From positions 352,001 to 416,000 of the forward strand of contig JBBCJC010000002.1 of NCBI GenBank assembly GCA_037189525.1: 64,000 bases of DNA. The letters run 5' to 3'. This document shows positions 10,110 through 19,873 of this stretch, in pieces. How positions within the stretch are numbered: position 1 is the first letter of the stretch; each line of letters opens with the position of its first letter. The notes beneath the pieces are model-generated. The model was not told the origin of the DNA. It did no database searches and saw only the letters and a program-made list of their open reading frames with translations. Source of the DNA: Gemmatimonadales bacterium. Its GTDB lineage: Bacteria; Gemmatimonadota; Gemmatimonadetes; Gemmatimonadales; GWC2-71-9. A program made the translations under genes and the position numbers.

Positions 10110-10388
10110 TCAGAGATCGGAAAATCGGGCGATGTCGCCGGCTTCCCCTTCAGGAACGACCATGGTGCGCTGTTCGATTCGAACCCCGAACTTCCGCTGC
10201 CGCTCGAGCCAGGCCGCGAGCGACAGGTCGGACGTCGCCGGATCGTGAATACCGACGTCCCTCAGCACCACCCCGGAGGGACGGCGCTCGTGGTAGCGGC
10301 CCAGGTAGGTCTTTCCCGAGGCGCCACTCACCGTGACGGTGACCCCGTGGAGCTCCTCATGACCCGGATGGAAGACGTGCCCGCTCAT
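10110..10388 (-). CDS. 92-aa hypothetical protein, His-rich N-terminus, possible Sm/LSm-like fold; last gene of the suf operon
   Basis: ATG 2 nt after the brx stop; MSGHVFHPGHEELHGVTVTVSGASGKTYLGRY…; GC3-rich codons. Confidence 0.75.
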   Translation of the reverse strand: MSGHVFHPGHEELHGVTVTVSGASGKTYLGRYHERRPSGVVLRDVGIHDPATSDLSLAAWLERQRKFGVRIEQRTMVVPEGEAGDIARFSDL

Positions 10389-10390
10389 GA

Positions 10391-10813
10391 CTACGAGGCG
10401 CAGTGCTGATCGAACGCCGCCTTGAGGTCGGCCGCGATCGCGTCCGGGCCTCGGCCTTCGATCTGATAGCGATGCATGAAGTAGACGACCTCGCCGTCCT
10501 TGAGCAGGGCCATCGATGGCGAACTCGGCTGATAGTCGGCAAAGTAGCTGCGCACCCGGGCCGTGGCGTCGACATCCTGGCCGGCAAAGACGGTCAGCGT
10601 CTCTCCGGGAAGCACGTCGTGCTGGAGCGCGCGCGCCAGACCTGGACGCGCGGCACCGGCAGCACAACCGCAGACGGAATTGACAAAGAGGAGCTGTGTC
10701 CCCTTCGGATCGCCCAGCGCCGCGTCGACATCCGCCACCGTGCGGAGTTCCTTGACGTTGAGTTGCGTCACTTCGGCGCGCATCGGCGCCACCAAACGTT
10801 CATCGTACGGCAT
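10391..10813 (-). CDS. BrxA/BrxB family bacilliredoxin (DUF1094)
   Basis: FVNSVCGCAAGAARP CGC motif, TVFAGQD, PSSPSMALLKDG, RYQIEGR. Confidence 0.93.
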   Translation of the reverse strand: MPYDERLVAPMRAEVTQLNVKELRTVADVDAALGDPKGTQLLFVNSVCGCAAGAARPGLARALQHDVLPGETLTVFAGQDVDATARVRSYFADYQPSSPSMALLKDGEVVYFMHRYQIEGRGPDAIAADLKAAFDQHCAS

Positions 10814-10819
10814 ATTCGC

Positions 10820-11314
10820 TCAGATACCTTTCAGGTTCGTTGGATCCGTCTGTCCCTCGGCCGCGGCGGGCTCGATCGCCTTGAGCATGGTGTGCCAGGC
10901 CAGCGTCGCGCATTTGACCCGAATCGGAAACGCCGCCACCCCCGCAAAAGCGCCCAGGCTGCCGAGCGGTAGCCGTCCACCGCCCGCGTCGGCCGGCGTC
11001 GCGCTCTGGGCGGAGCCGCCGGTCACCAACCCGTGAAAGCGATCGAACAGCGCCCTGGCTTCCGTCAGCGTCTTGCCCTTGATGGACGTCGTCATCACCG
11101 ACGCCGACGCCTTCGAAATCGCGCACCCCTGGCCCAGGAACGACACGTCGGCCACCACACCATCCTTGACGTCGACCCAGACTTCGAAGCTATCGCCACA
11201 GAGCGGATTGCGTCCTTCGGCATGTCCCGACGACTCGGTCAGCGCCCGGAAATTCCTGGGCGACCGATTGTGATCGAGGATCACACTCTGATAGAGCTCG
11301 TCCAGTTCGCTCAT
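10820..11314 (-). CDS. sufU: SufU/NifU-family sulfur transfer protein
   Basis: LYQSVILDH, NPLCGD, GCAISKASAS, RVKCATLAW. Confidence 0.94.
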   Translation of the reverse strand: MSELDELYQSVILDHNRSPRNFRALTESSGHAEGRNPLCGDSFEVWVDVKDGVVADVSFLGQGCAISKASASVMTTSIKGKTLTEARALFDRFHGLVTGGSAQSATPADAGGGRLPLGSLGAFAGVAAFPIRVKCATLAWHTMLKAIEPAAAEGQTDPTNLKGI

Positions 11315-12594
11315 TGCCCGAAGACCTTCCTGGCCCGTTCGACGCCGGCCACCAGGGCATCGACCTCATCGCGGGTGTTGTACGGCGCAAACGAGGCTCG
11401 CACCGTCGCCGGCACCCCGAGCCGCACCATCAACGGCTGGGCGCAGTGATGACCCGCGCGCACCGCGACACCGCCCGCGTCGAGCGCGGTGCCGACATCG
11501 TGCGGATGCACCCCGTCGACCGTGAACGTAACCAGACCGACCTTGGTTCGGCTGCGCCCGTGAATCACGACACCAGGAATGGCTTCCAGGCGTTCCGTCG
11601 CATACCGGACCAGGTCACGCTCGTGCCGTTCCGCGGCGCTCCGATCCCAGCCGGCCAAATAGTCGATCACCGCGCCCAGGCCAAAGACCTCCGCGATGGG
11701 CGGGGTACCCGCCTCGAAACGGGCCGGCGCGGGCAGGAAGGTCGACCGTTCGATCTCGACTTTGGCAATCATACCGCCGCCACCCATCCAGGGCGGCATC
11801 CGCTCGAACAATGCCCGTCGGCCCCACAGCACGCCGAGTCCGGTTGGTCCGAACAGCTTGTGAACGGACAGGACATAGAAGTCACAGCCCAACGCCTGGA
11901 GATCGACCGCCAGGTGCGGTGCCGCCTGAGCGCCGTCGACGACGCACACCGCCCCCATGGCATGCGCCAGCTTCGCAACCTGCGCGATCGGCACGACGGT
12001 GCCCAGTACGTTGGAGACGTGGCAGACCGCCACCACCTTGGTGCGATCGGTCAGGTGCCGCTCCAGCCAGGCCAGATCGAGGTCGCCTGCATCGGTAATC
12101 GGGATGCCCCGTACCCGCGCCCCCGTCTGCTCGGCAATCAGCTGCCACGGCACCAGATTGGAGTGGTGCTCCATCTCGGACACCAGGATTTCGTCGCCCG
12201 GCCTGAGCACCGAACGGCCATATGACTGGGCAATCAGATTGATCCCGGCCGTGGTGCCCGGCGTAAAGACCACCTCATCGGCGGCGCCGGCATTGAGGAA
12301 ACCGGCCGTCTGTTCGCGCACGGCCTCGTAGCGAGCCGTCGCTTCCTGGCTCGCGGTGTGAACGCCGCGCGAGACATTGGCCGTGACGTCCCGATAGTAT
12401 CGCACCATCTCGTCGATCACCGACTGCGGCGTCAGGCCGGTGGCGGCGTTGTCGAGATACGCCAACGGGGCGCCACGGATCTGCCGCGCGAGCATCGGGA
12501 AATCCGGTCGGATCGCTTCGGGATTCCAGGTGCCTACTGGCACGAACGCCCCCGTCGAGTCGGGGGCGCCGCTGGTCATCGTCTCACTGGCCAC
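11311..12594 (-). CDS. sufS: Cysteine desulfurase SufS (group II)
   Basis: YLDNAAT, EHHSN, SVHKLFGPTG PLP lysine, RAGHHCAQP; start uncertain (GTG 12594 or ATG 12579). Confidence 0.94.
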   Translation of the reverse strand: MASETMTSGAPDSTGAFVPVGTWNPEAIRPDFPMLARQIRGAPLAYLDNAATGLTPQSVIDEMVRYYRDVTANVSRGVHTASQEATARYEAVREQTAGFLNAGAADEVVFTPGTTAGINLIAQSYGRSVLRPGDEILVSEMEHHSNLVPWQLIAEQTGARVRGIPITDAGDLDLAWLERHLTDRTKVVAVCHVSNVLGTVVPIAQVAKLAHAMGAVCVVDGAQAAPHLAVDLQALGCDFYVLSVHKLFGPTGLGVLWGRRALFERMPPWMGGGGMIAKVEIERSTFLPAPARFEAGTPPIAEVFGLGAVIDYLAGWDRSAAERHERDLVRYATERLEAIPGVVIHGRSRTKVGLVTFTVDGVHPHDVGTALDAGGVAVRAGHHCAQPLMVRLGVPATVRASFAPYNTRDEVDALVAGVERARKVFGQ

Positions 12595-12604
12595 CACTCC
12601 TCCT

Positions 12605-13906
12605 TCAGCGCACCGTGCCGAGCCTGGCGTGCACCAGGATATCGAGCGCGTCGCGCACCGGGGCGGACGAAATTTCTTCGAGCACTTCCGCCGCAAATGC
12701 GTAGGTCTGAATCCGCTTGGCCATCTCCGCCGGAACTCCTCGGCTCTGAAGATAAAATCCCGAGAGCGGATCGAGGTTGCCGACCGTGGCACCGTGAGTG
12801 CATTTCACGTCGTCGGCAAAGATCTCGAGCTGCGGCTTGGTGTCGATCTTGGCCGTATCCGACAGCAGCAGGGTCCGATTGGTCTGCTTGGCGTCGGTCT
12901 TCTGCGCAATCGGCTGCACGAAAATCTTGCCGTTGAAGACGCCGTGCGACCGATCGTCCAAGATCGCCTTGTAGACTTCCCAGCTGCGGCAGTCGGGCTG
13001 ATCGTGGAAGACCACCGTGTGGTTGTCGATCAGCTGATCGCCGTGCGCCAGCGAGAGGCCGTACAAGAGCGCCTCGGTGTTGGGCGCGTTGAGCCGGGTG
13101 TGCAGATTGTGCCGAGCAATCGCGCCGCCCATGGCGAGCGAGAACGAACGGTAGTGACTGTCGCGCCACTGATTGACCTGGGTGAAGCCGGTGTGGAACG
13201 CGGCTTCACTCTCCCGCTGAATCCGGCTGTGCTCGATCCAGGACCCTTCGGCCATCGAAATCTCGCAGACCGGGTTGGTCCAGTACCGGGCGCCCGGCGC
13301 CAGTGTCACATAGCTCTCAACCAGCTGCGCCCGCGCCTCGCGTTCGACCAGGACGAGTGCGCGCGGGTGGATGGCCACGCCATCGGCTTCGGCGGTGCTG
13401 ACGAAGACCAGGTGAATCGGGGTTTCGATCTCCGCGCGCGCCGCGATGCGCACCAGGGCTCCGTCGCGCGACAGGGCGGTATTGAGCGCCGTGAAAGGCG
13501 TCGCGTCGGGCGAGACGTGCTGGCCCAGATGACGCTCCAGGATTTCCGGCTCCGCAGCAAGCGCCACGGCCAGGGTCGTCGCGGTCAGTCCTTCCGTCGC
13601 CGGGCTGCTGGAGAGCTCGGGCGCGAACAGGCCGTTGACGAAGACGAGCCGGGTCCACTCCGGATGGCCGAAGAGAAACGGCTCCAGATCGGCGGCCGTG
13701 ACCGTCGCCGTGCCACCCGCGGCGGCAAACTCCACCCCCGCGATGGGCGCGACCGGGGTGAAGCGCCATTCTTCATCCTTGGCCGTCGGGAACCCGGCCT
13801 GCTGGAAGCCATCAATGGCCGAGCGGCGGAGCCGCTGGAGCCAGGGAGGCAAGCCGGCGGCATCGGCGCTCTGCGCTTCGTACTGCCGGAGGTACGTCTC
13901 GATCAC
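12605..13906 (-). CDS. sufD: Fe-S cluster assembly protein SufD
   Basis: EEWRFT, AQKTDAKQ, KPQLEIFADDVKCTHGAT, FYLQSRG. Confidence 0.95.
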   Translation of the reverse strand: MIETYLRQYEAQSADAAGLPPWLQRLRRSAIDGFQQAGFPTAKDEEWRFTPVAPIAGVEFAAAGGTATVTAADLEPFLFGHPEWTRLVFVNGLFAPELSSSPATEGLTATTLAVALAAEPEILERHLGQHVSPDATPFTALNTALSRDGALVRIAARAEIETPIHLVFVSTAEADGVAIHPRALVLVEREARAQLVESYVTLAPGARYWTNPVCEISMAEGSWIEHSRIQRESEAAFHTGFTQVNQWRDSHYRSFSLAMGGAIARHNLHTRLNAPNTEALLYGLSLAHGDQLIDNHTVVFHDQPDCRSWEVYKAILDDRSHGVFNGKIFVQPIAQKTDAKQTNRTLLLSDTAKIDTKPQLEIFADDVKCTHGATVGNLDPLSGFYLQSRGVPAEMAKRIQTYAFAAEVLEEISSAPVRDALDILVHARLGTVR

Positions 13907-14670
13907 GCGCTGGCCTCCACCGCCCCGGTCAGCCATTCGTAGCCCTTGGCTTCGAGTTCGAGGGCCAGCTCCTTGCCGCCGGACCGGACGATCTGCCCAT
14001 CGGCCAGCACGTGCACGAAATCGGGCACGATATGGTTGAGGAGGCGCTGGTAGTGCGTCACCACGACATAGGCGTTGTCGGGGCGCCGGAGCGCATTGAC
14101 GCCGTTGGCCACGATGCGGAGCGCATCGATGTCCAGCCCGGAGTCGGTTTCGTCGAGCAGAGCCAGCTTGGGCTCGAGAATCGCCATCTGCAGGATCTCG
14201 TTCCGCTTCTTCTCACCGCCGGAGAAGCCCGCGTTGACCGCCCGCTGCACGATCTCCGGACCCCATTCGACCAGATCCAGCTTCGACTCGAGCAGGTCGA
14301 GGAAGTCGATCGGATCGAGCTCCTCCTGGCCGCGCGCCTTGCGGATTTCGTTGTAGGCGGCGCGGAGGAAGTAGGCGTTGGTCACGCCGGGAATTTCGAC
14401 GGGATACTGGAAGGCCAGGAAGATGCCGGCCTGCGCCCGCTCCTCCGGTTCGAGTTCCGCCAGATCCTCGCCCTGATAGATGATCTCGCCGCCCGTGATC
14501 TCGTAGGCGGGATGTCCGGCAATGACCTGCGCCAGGGTGCTCTTGCCCGAACCGTTCGGGCCCATGATCGCATGCACCTCACCCGCATTGACGGTCAGGA
14601 AGAGACCCTTGAGGATCTCCTTGTCGCCCGCGCGGGCGCGGAGGTCTTTGATTTCCAGTAACGGCGCCAC
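13903..14670 (-). CDS. sufC: Fe-S cluster assembly ATPase SufC
   Basis: GPNGSGKST, FQYPVEIPGV, GFSGGEKKRNE, LDETDSGLDID, THYQRLL. Confidence 0.97.
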   Translation of the reverse strand: MAPLLEIKDLRARAGDKEILKGLFLTVNAGEVHAIMGPNGSGKSTLAQVIAGHPAYEITGGEIIYQGEDLAELEPEERAQAGIFLAFQYPVEIPGVTNAYFLRAAYNEIRKARGQEELDPIDFLDLLESKLDLVEWGPEIVQRAVNAGFSGGEKKRNEILQMAILEPKLALLDETDSGLDIDALRIVANGVNALRRPDNAYVVVTHYQRLLNHIVPDFVHVLADGQIVRSGGKELALELEAKGYEWLTGAVEASA

Positions 14671-14689
14671 GTGTGCACTTACTCCGTAG

Positions 14690-16126
<1,437 letters not shown>

Positions 16127-16171
16127 TGCCCATCCTCGTTCATTGCGCCGCACCCAGGGACGCAACTCGCA

Positions 16172-16200
16172 ATCCTAAGTGAAATAGTCGGAATTGTCAA
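16172..16200 (-). promoter_or_regulatory. Sigma70 promoter of the suf operon with an overlapping Rrf2/IscR-like site
   Basis: TTGACA-N17-TAGGAT; the spacer region reads AATTCCGACTATTTCACTTAGGATT. Confidence 0.8.
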
Positions 16201-16253
16201 ATGAGAATGGCTGAAATGTAACCCGTTGTGAAACGGGCACTTCGACATCGTGA

Positions 16254-16272
16254 AATGCGGATGATTCTCATT
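16254..16272. promoter_or_regulatory. Fur-box-like operator
   Basis: AATGCGGATGATTCTCATT, 2 mismatches from the AATGAGAATnATTCTCATT palindrome; a further half-site AATGAGAAT at 16200-16208. Confidence 0.6.
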
Positions 16273-16379
16273 TTAAATTGCCGTACCCCACTCCACCTCG
16301 CTTAGGAGTATGCTGTAATACTCCGCTTGAAATCCCGGTTACCACTTGCCGCCATACCAGAACATACAAGATTAGGGGG

Positions 16380-16943
16380 ATGGCCGTCCATCGTATTCGA
16401 AGCCTCGGCGACCCCGTCCTCCGGACCAAATGCGAACCCGTCGCCAAGCCCAGCTCGGCCGCCGTGCGCATGGTCATCGACGACATGCGGGAAACCCTGC
16501 GAGACTGGCAGTCCCGATTTGCCACCGGACGGGCGATTGCCGCCCCCCAAATCGGCGCGCCGATCCGGATCATCTATGTCGAGATGGACCAGCCCTGGGC
16601 GCTGATCAACCCCGAGATCATCGACATCGGCACCGAGGACTTCACGGTGTGGGATGACTGTTTTTCGTTCCCGAATCTGATGGTCCGGGTCCAACGCGCT
16701 TACCGGATCCGGGTCCGCTACCAGGACCCCAAGGGGGCAACCCACGAGGTCGACCTCGAGGGCGATCGGGCCGAACTGCTGCAGCACGAGATCGACCACC
16801 TGGACGGTGTCCTCTCGATCGATCGCGCCCATGGCGCGGACGCCTTTTGTCTGCGGGAGGAGTGGACCCGCTGGTACACCTCCACCGACCGCTACGGCGA
16901 CCCGGAGCCCCGGCACATCCAGCTCGCCGCGCCGCTCCTCTAG
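16380..16943 (+). CDS. def: Peptide deformylase (atypical motifs)
   Basis: LGDPVLR, GRAIAAPQIG, INPEI, DDCFS, QHEIDHLDG. Confidence 0.88.
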   Translation: MAVHRIRSLGDPVLRTKCEPVAKPSSAAVRMVIDDMRETLRDWQSRFATGRAIAAPQIGAPIRIIYVEMDQPWALINPEIIDIGTEDFTVWDDCFSFPNLMVRVQRAYRIRVRYQDPKGATHEVDLEGDRAELLQHEIDHLDGVLSIDRAHGADAFCLREEWTRWYTSTDRYGDPEPRHIQLAAPLL

Positions 16944-17032
16944 GCATTTAGTACTTCGAGACCTGCGCATCGGACCCGGTGGCGCGAGGTACTTATGTTT
17001 CCTCCTCAATTCCCAACCGCGCGGGAGGACCC

Positions 17033-17710
17033 ATGGGCACCATCGTGAGCTATCCGGCCAACGGACACACTACCTCCGGCTATCTGGCGCTTCCGGAGAG
17101 TGGGACCGGCCCGGGGATCCTCGTCATCCAGGAATGGTGGGGACTGGTCGATCACATCAAAGACCTGGCCGACCGCTTCGCGCGCGCCGGGTTCGTGGCC
17201 CTGGCTCCCGACTTCTACCACGGCGAAACGACCAAGAGTCCCGACGAGGCCGCCAAGCTTTTCATGGCCATCAACATCGACCGGGTCGGCGCCGACCTGA
17301 ACGGCTCGGCTGCGTACCTGCTGAGTCGCGCCGAGGTAACCTCGAAGCGGGTGGGCGCCGTGGGGTTTTGTATGGGAGGCCAGTTGGCCCTCTATGCCGG
17401 AATGCAGTATCCGGAGTCGATCGGCGCCGTGGTCGATTTCTACGGTATTCACCCTAAGGTGGCGATCGACCCGGCCCGGCTCACGATCCCGGTCCAGGGG
17501 CACTTCGGCCAACGGGACGGATCGATTCCCGCCGAAACGGTCGAGCGCCTGGCCGAGGGGGTTCGCCAGGCGGGCGGGACCTTCGAGGTCCACTGGTACG
17601 ACGCCGACCACGCCTTCGTCAACGATACCAGGCCGGCCGTGTATCATCAGGCCAACGCCGACCTGGCGTGGGACCGGACCTTGCAGTTCTTCCGACAACA
17701 CCTGGCCTGA
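17033..17710 (+). CDS. Dienelactone hydrolase family protein
   Basis: IQEWWGL, GFCMGG, YDADHAF; GGAGG RBS. Confidence 0.92.
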   Translation: MGTIVSYPANGHTTSGYLALPESGTGPGILVIQEWWGLVDHIKDLADRFARAGFVALAPDFYHGETTKSPDEAAKLFMAINIDRVGADLNGSAAYLLSRAEVTSKRVGAVGFCMGGQLALYAGMQYPESIGAVVDFYGIHPKVAIDPARLTIPVQGHFGQRDGSIPAETVERLAEGVRQAGGTFEVHWYDADHAFVNDTRPAVYHQANADLAWDRTLQFFRQHLA

Positions 17711-17801
17711 GCCGACCGGGCTGGGGCCGGGGGCCCTTGCGCGGTTGTCGTCCACCTCATACTGTGTCCGCTCGACCAGTGCAGTTCATCTTGGAGGACT
17801 T

Positions 17802-18065
17802 GTGGCGTACGTAATCACGGAAGCATGCATCGGCGTCAAGGACAGGGCCTGCGTCGACGTGTGTCCGGTCGACTGCATCTACGAAGGCGCCGACCAACTC
17901 TACATCCATCCGGACGAGTGCATCGACTGCGGTGCCTGCGAGCCGGAATGCCCCGTCAGCGCGATCTACCCTGAAGAGGAAGTGCCTGAAAATCTGGCCT
18001 CCTACGTGGCCAAGAACCGGGATTCGTTCTCGAGTCCGACGCCGCCGGGGCGGCCGCAGCGCTAG
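17802..18065 (+). CDS. 7Fe dicluster ferredoxin (FdxA-like), 87 aa
   Basis: GTG after GGAGG; CIGVKDRACVDVCPVDCIY…ECIDCGACEPECPVSAIY. Confidence 0.93.
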   Translation: MAYVITEACIGVKDRACVDVCPVDCIYEGADQLYIHPDECIDCGACEPECPVSAIYPEEEVPENLASYVAKNRDSFSSPTPPGRPQR

Positions 18066-18099
18066 TCGTCCGCTCGGTTTCAGGACCTGCGTCGCGTCG

Positions 18100-18130
18100 G
18101 GCGGCTTCTTCCAGGAAGCCGCCTTCGTCG
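18100..18130 (+). terminator. Hairpin after the ferredoxin gene
   Basis: GGCGGCTTC-ttccag-GAAGCCGCC then TTCGTCGTATT. Confidence 0.6.
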
Positions 18131-18149
18131 TATTCGGGGGTGCCACAAT

Positions 18150-18244
18150 GAGGTGAGCCCCAAGGGTGGAACCGCCACCCTTGGGGCCCGGGATTGGAGG
18201 AACTACGGGGCGGAGACTCGGGGAAAGTGAGTCAGGCCGCCTTA
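18150..18244 (-). ncRNA. Candidate ~95-nt sRNA with an anti-SD motif
   Basis: 5' hairpin with a CU-rich loop, single-stranded UUCCUCC linker, 13-bp perfect 3' hairpin, upstream ECF-type promoter. Confidence 0.55.
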
Positions 18245-18249
18245 CTTAC

Positions 18250-18279
18250 TTAGACGCCCGAGCCCCCCAGATGGTTTCA
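18250..18279 (-). promoter_or_regulatory. ECF-sigma-type promoter
   Basis: TGAAAC-N17-CGTCTAA on the - strand. Confidence 0.55.
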
Positions 18280-18389
18280 CAACCTATGAATTCCGGTCGC
18301 TTCCTGTACGAAAAAGTTGAAACTCCTCAGCTGACCGAAAATCATCCGGACGATTCGCGGAGCTGCCGGCGGCGCGGGCCAGGCAGCTG

Positions 18390-19586
18390 CTAACGAAGCG
18401 TTTGCAGGAACTTGAGAATCGCGCGGGTGGTCGGCACCGGTTGTTCGACACAGGGCAGATGACCGGCCCCGGGCACCTCCACCAGCCGGGCATCGGGAAT
18501 CACGCCGGCCATGGCCTGGGCAATGGCCGGCGGAGTGATGACGTCTTCGTCGCCCACCATGACCAGCGTCGGAACGCCGACCAGCGTCGACAGCAGTGAG
18601 GTGCTGTCGGGACGGTCCCGCATCGAGGTGAGCGCGCCGACGATACCGGACACCGGGGTGCGGACGATCATGTCGCGCACCAACTGGATGATCTCCGGGG
18701 GCACGCTTGCTGTGAAAAAGCGCGGCAGCATCGCTTCGGCGGCCGCGAGCGCCCCCTGATCCCGCACTCGGGTCACCAACTGATCGCGGGCTTTGCGTCC
18801 CTCGGCGCTGTCGGCCTCGGGGCGGGTATCCATCAGCACCAGGCCACCCACGCGGGCCCGGTATCGCCGCAGAAATTCGAACGCGATGTAGCCGCCCATC
18901 GAGTGCCCGATCAGGACGACCCGATCCTCGCCCAGGACATCGATCAGCGCGGCGAGATCATCGGCATAGGTCGCCATGGAGTAGCCGAGATCCGGCGCAT
19001 CGGACTGGCCCATACCGCGGAGATCGGGAGCGATCCGGCGAAACCCGGTGAGCGAATCGATCTGATGGCGGAAGATGGTCCGATCGAGCGGAAAGCCATG
19101 CACGAAGACGAGCGCGGGCCCCGAGCCGCGAATCTCGACGGCCAGGCTCACTCCGTTGACGGTCAGGCGATCGAGCATTTCGGCGTTCGGACGAGTGTTG
19201 AAGAATCGGGCGACTTCATCGGGAACCGGCTGCGGTTTGCCCTGGCGATCCACACAAACAAAGACGAACTCCGCCGTCGCAATCGCACCGTCGTCGGTGG
19301 CCCGCCGCGCATGCTGCCGGAGGGTGAAACTGGTCCGGCCCAGATGGGTCAACGTCTGGCCGAACCGCAGCACGTCTGCCGCGTGGACCGGGGCATGACA
19401 GTCGAGCACGTTGCGACGAACCACCGGCGCCAGTCCGTGCCGACCGAAGACATCCACGCCGGGTCCCCGCGCGAACTGGTCCCAACGGGCCCGTTCGAAC
19501 AGCCGCAACAGCGCCGCATGGCTGATCGAGCCGGCGGCATCACAATCGTCAGGCACCACGACGAACTCGACTTCGGCCTCGCGCAT
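18390..19586 (-). CDS. Fusion of a hotdog acyl-CoA thioesterase (YbgC/4HBT-like) and an alpha/beta hydrolase (PcaD-like)
   Basis: N-terminal DCDAAG..SHA..LRLFERARW, GRTSF; C-terminal HGFP, DLRGMG, GHSMGG, GDED, AGHL. Confidence 0.85.
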   Translation of the reverse strand: MREAEVEFVVVPDDCDAAGSISHAALLRLFERARWDQFARGPGVDVFGRHGLAPVVRRNVLDCHAPVHAADVLRFGQTLTHLGRTSFTLRQHARRATDDGAIATAEFVFVCVDRQGKPQPVPDEVARFFNTRPNAEMLDRLTVNGVSLAVEIRGSGPALVFVHGFPLDRTIFRHQIDSLTGFRRIAPDLRGMGQSDAPDLGYSMATYADDLAALIDVLGEDRVVLIGHSMGGYIAFEFLRRYRARVGGLVLMDTRPEADSAEGRKARDQLVTRVRDQGALAAAEAMLPRFFTASVPPEIIQLVRDMIVRTPVSGIVGALTSMRDRPDSTSLLSTLVGVPTLVMVGDEDVITPPAIAQAMAGVIPDARLVEVPGAGHLPCVEQPVPTTRAILKFLQTLR

Positions 19587-19702
19587 CACGATTCGCTCGC
19601 TGTTTCGAACTGGTTGCCAATCAGAAACTACGCCAGAGGGCGTCGCCGTCGCTACCTTTCGGGCGTTCACCACCGGTCGCGACCCCATCCGGAGCAGGCA
19701 CC

Positions 19703-19873
19703 ATGCCGCCCCAGACTGATTACATCCGACACGCCGCCCGGCTGGCCCGGAAAATCCACGCCGACGCCGCGCTGGGCGGTACTCCGCAGCTCGATGCCGA
19801 CTTTTTCAAGACCCTGGCCAAGGCGCTGGACGAAATCGCCGCCGGTCTGGAACAATCGAGCCGCCGCGAGTGA
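19703..19873 (+). CDS. 56-aa small protein (not in the ORF track)
   Basis: GGAG RBS; MPPQTDYIRHAARLARKIHADAALGGTPQLDADFFKTLAKALDEIAAGLEQSSRRE; the stop overlaps the rnd GTG (GTGA). Confidence 0.7.
   Translation: MPPQTDYIRHAARLARKIHADAALGGTPQLDADFFKTLAKALDEIAAGLEQSSRRE

Noticed and set aside
18196..18202. + strand GGAGGAA as the RBS of a small protein
   Set aside because: No ATG/GTG/TTG at usable spacing downstream; better explained as an anti-SD on the - strand.
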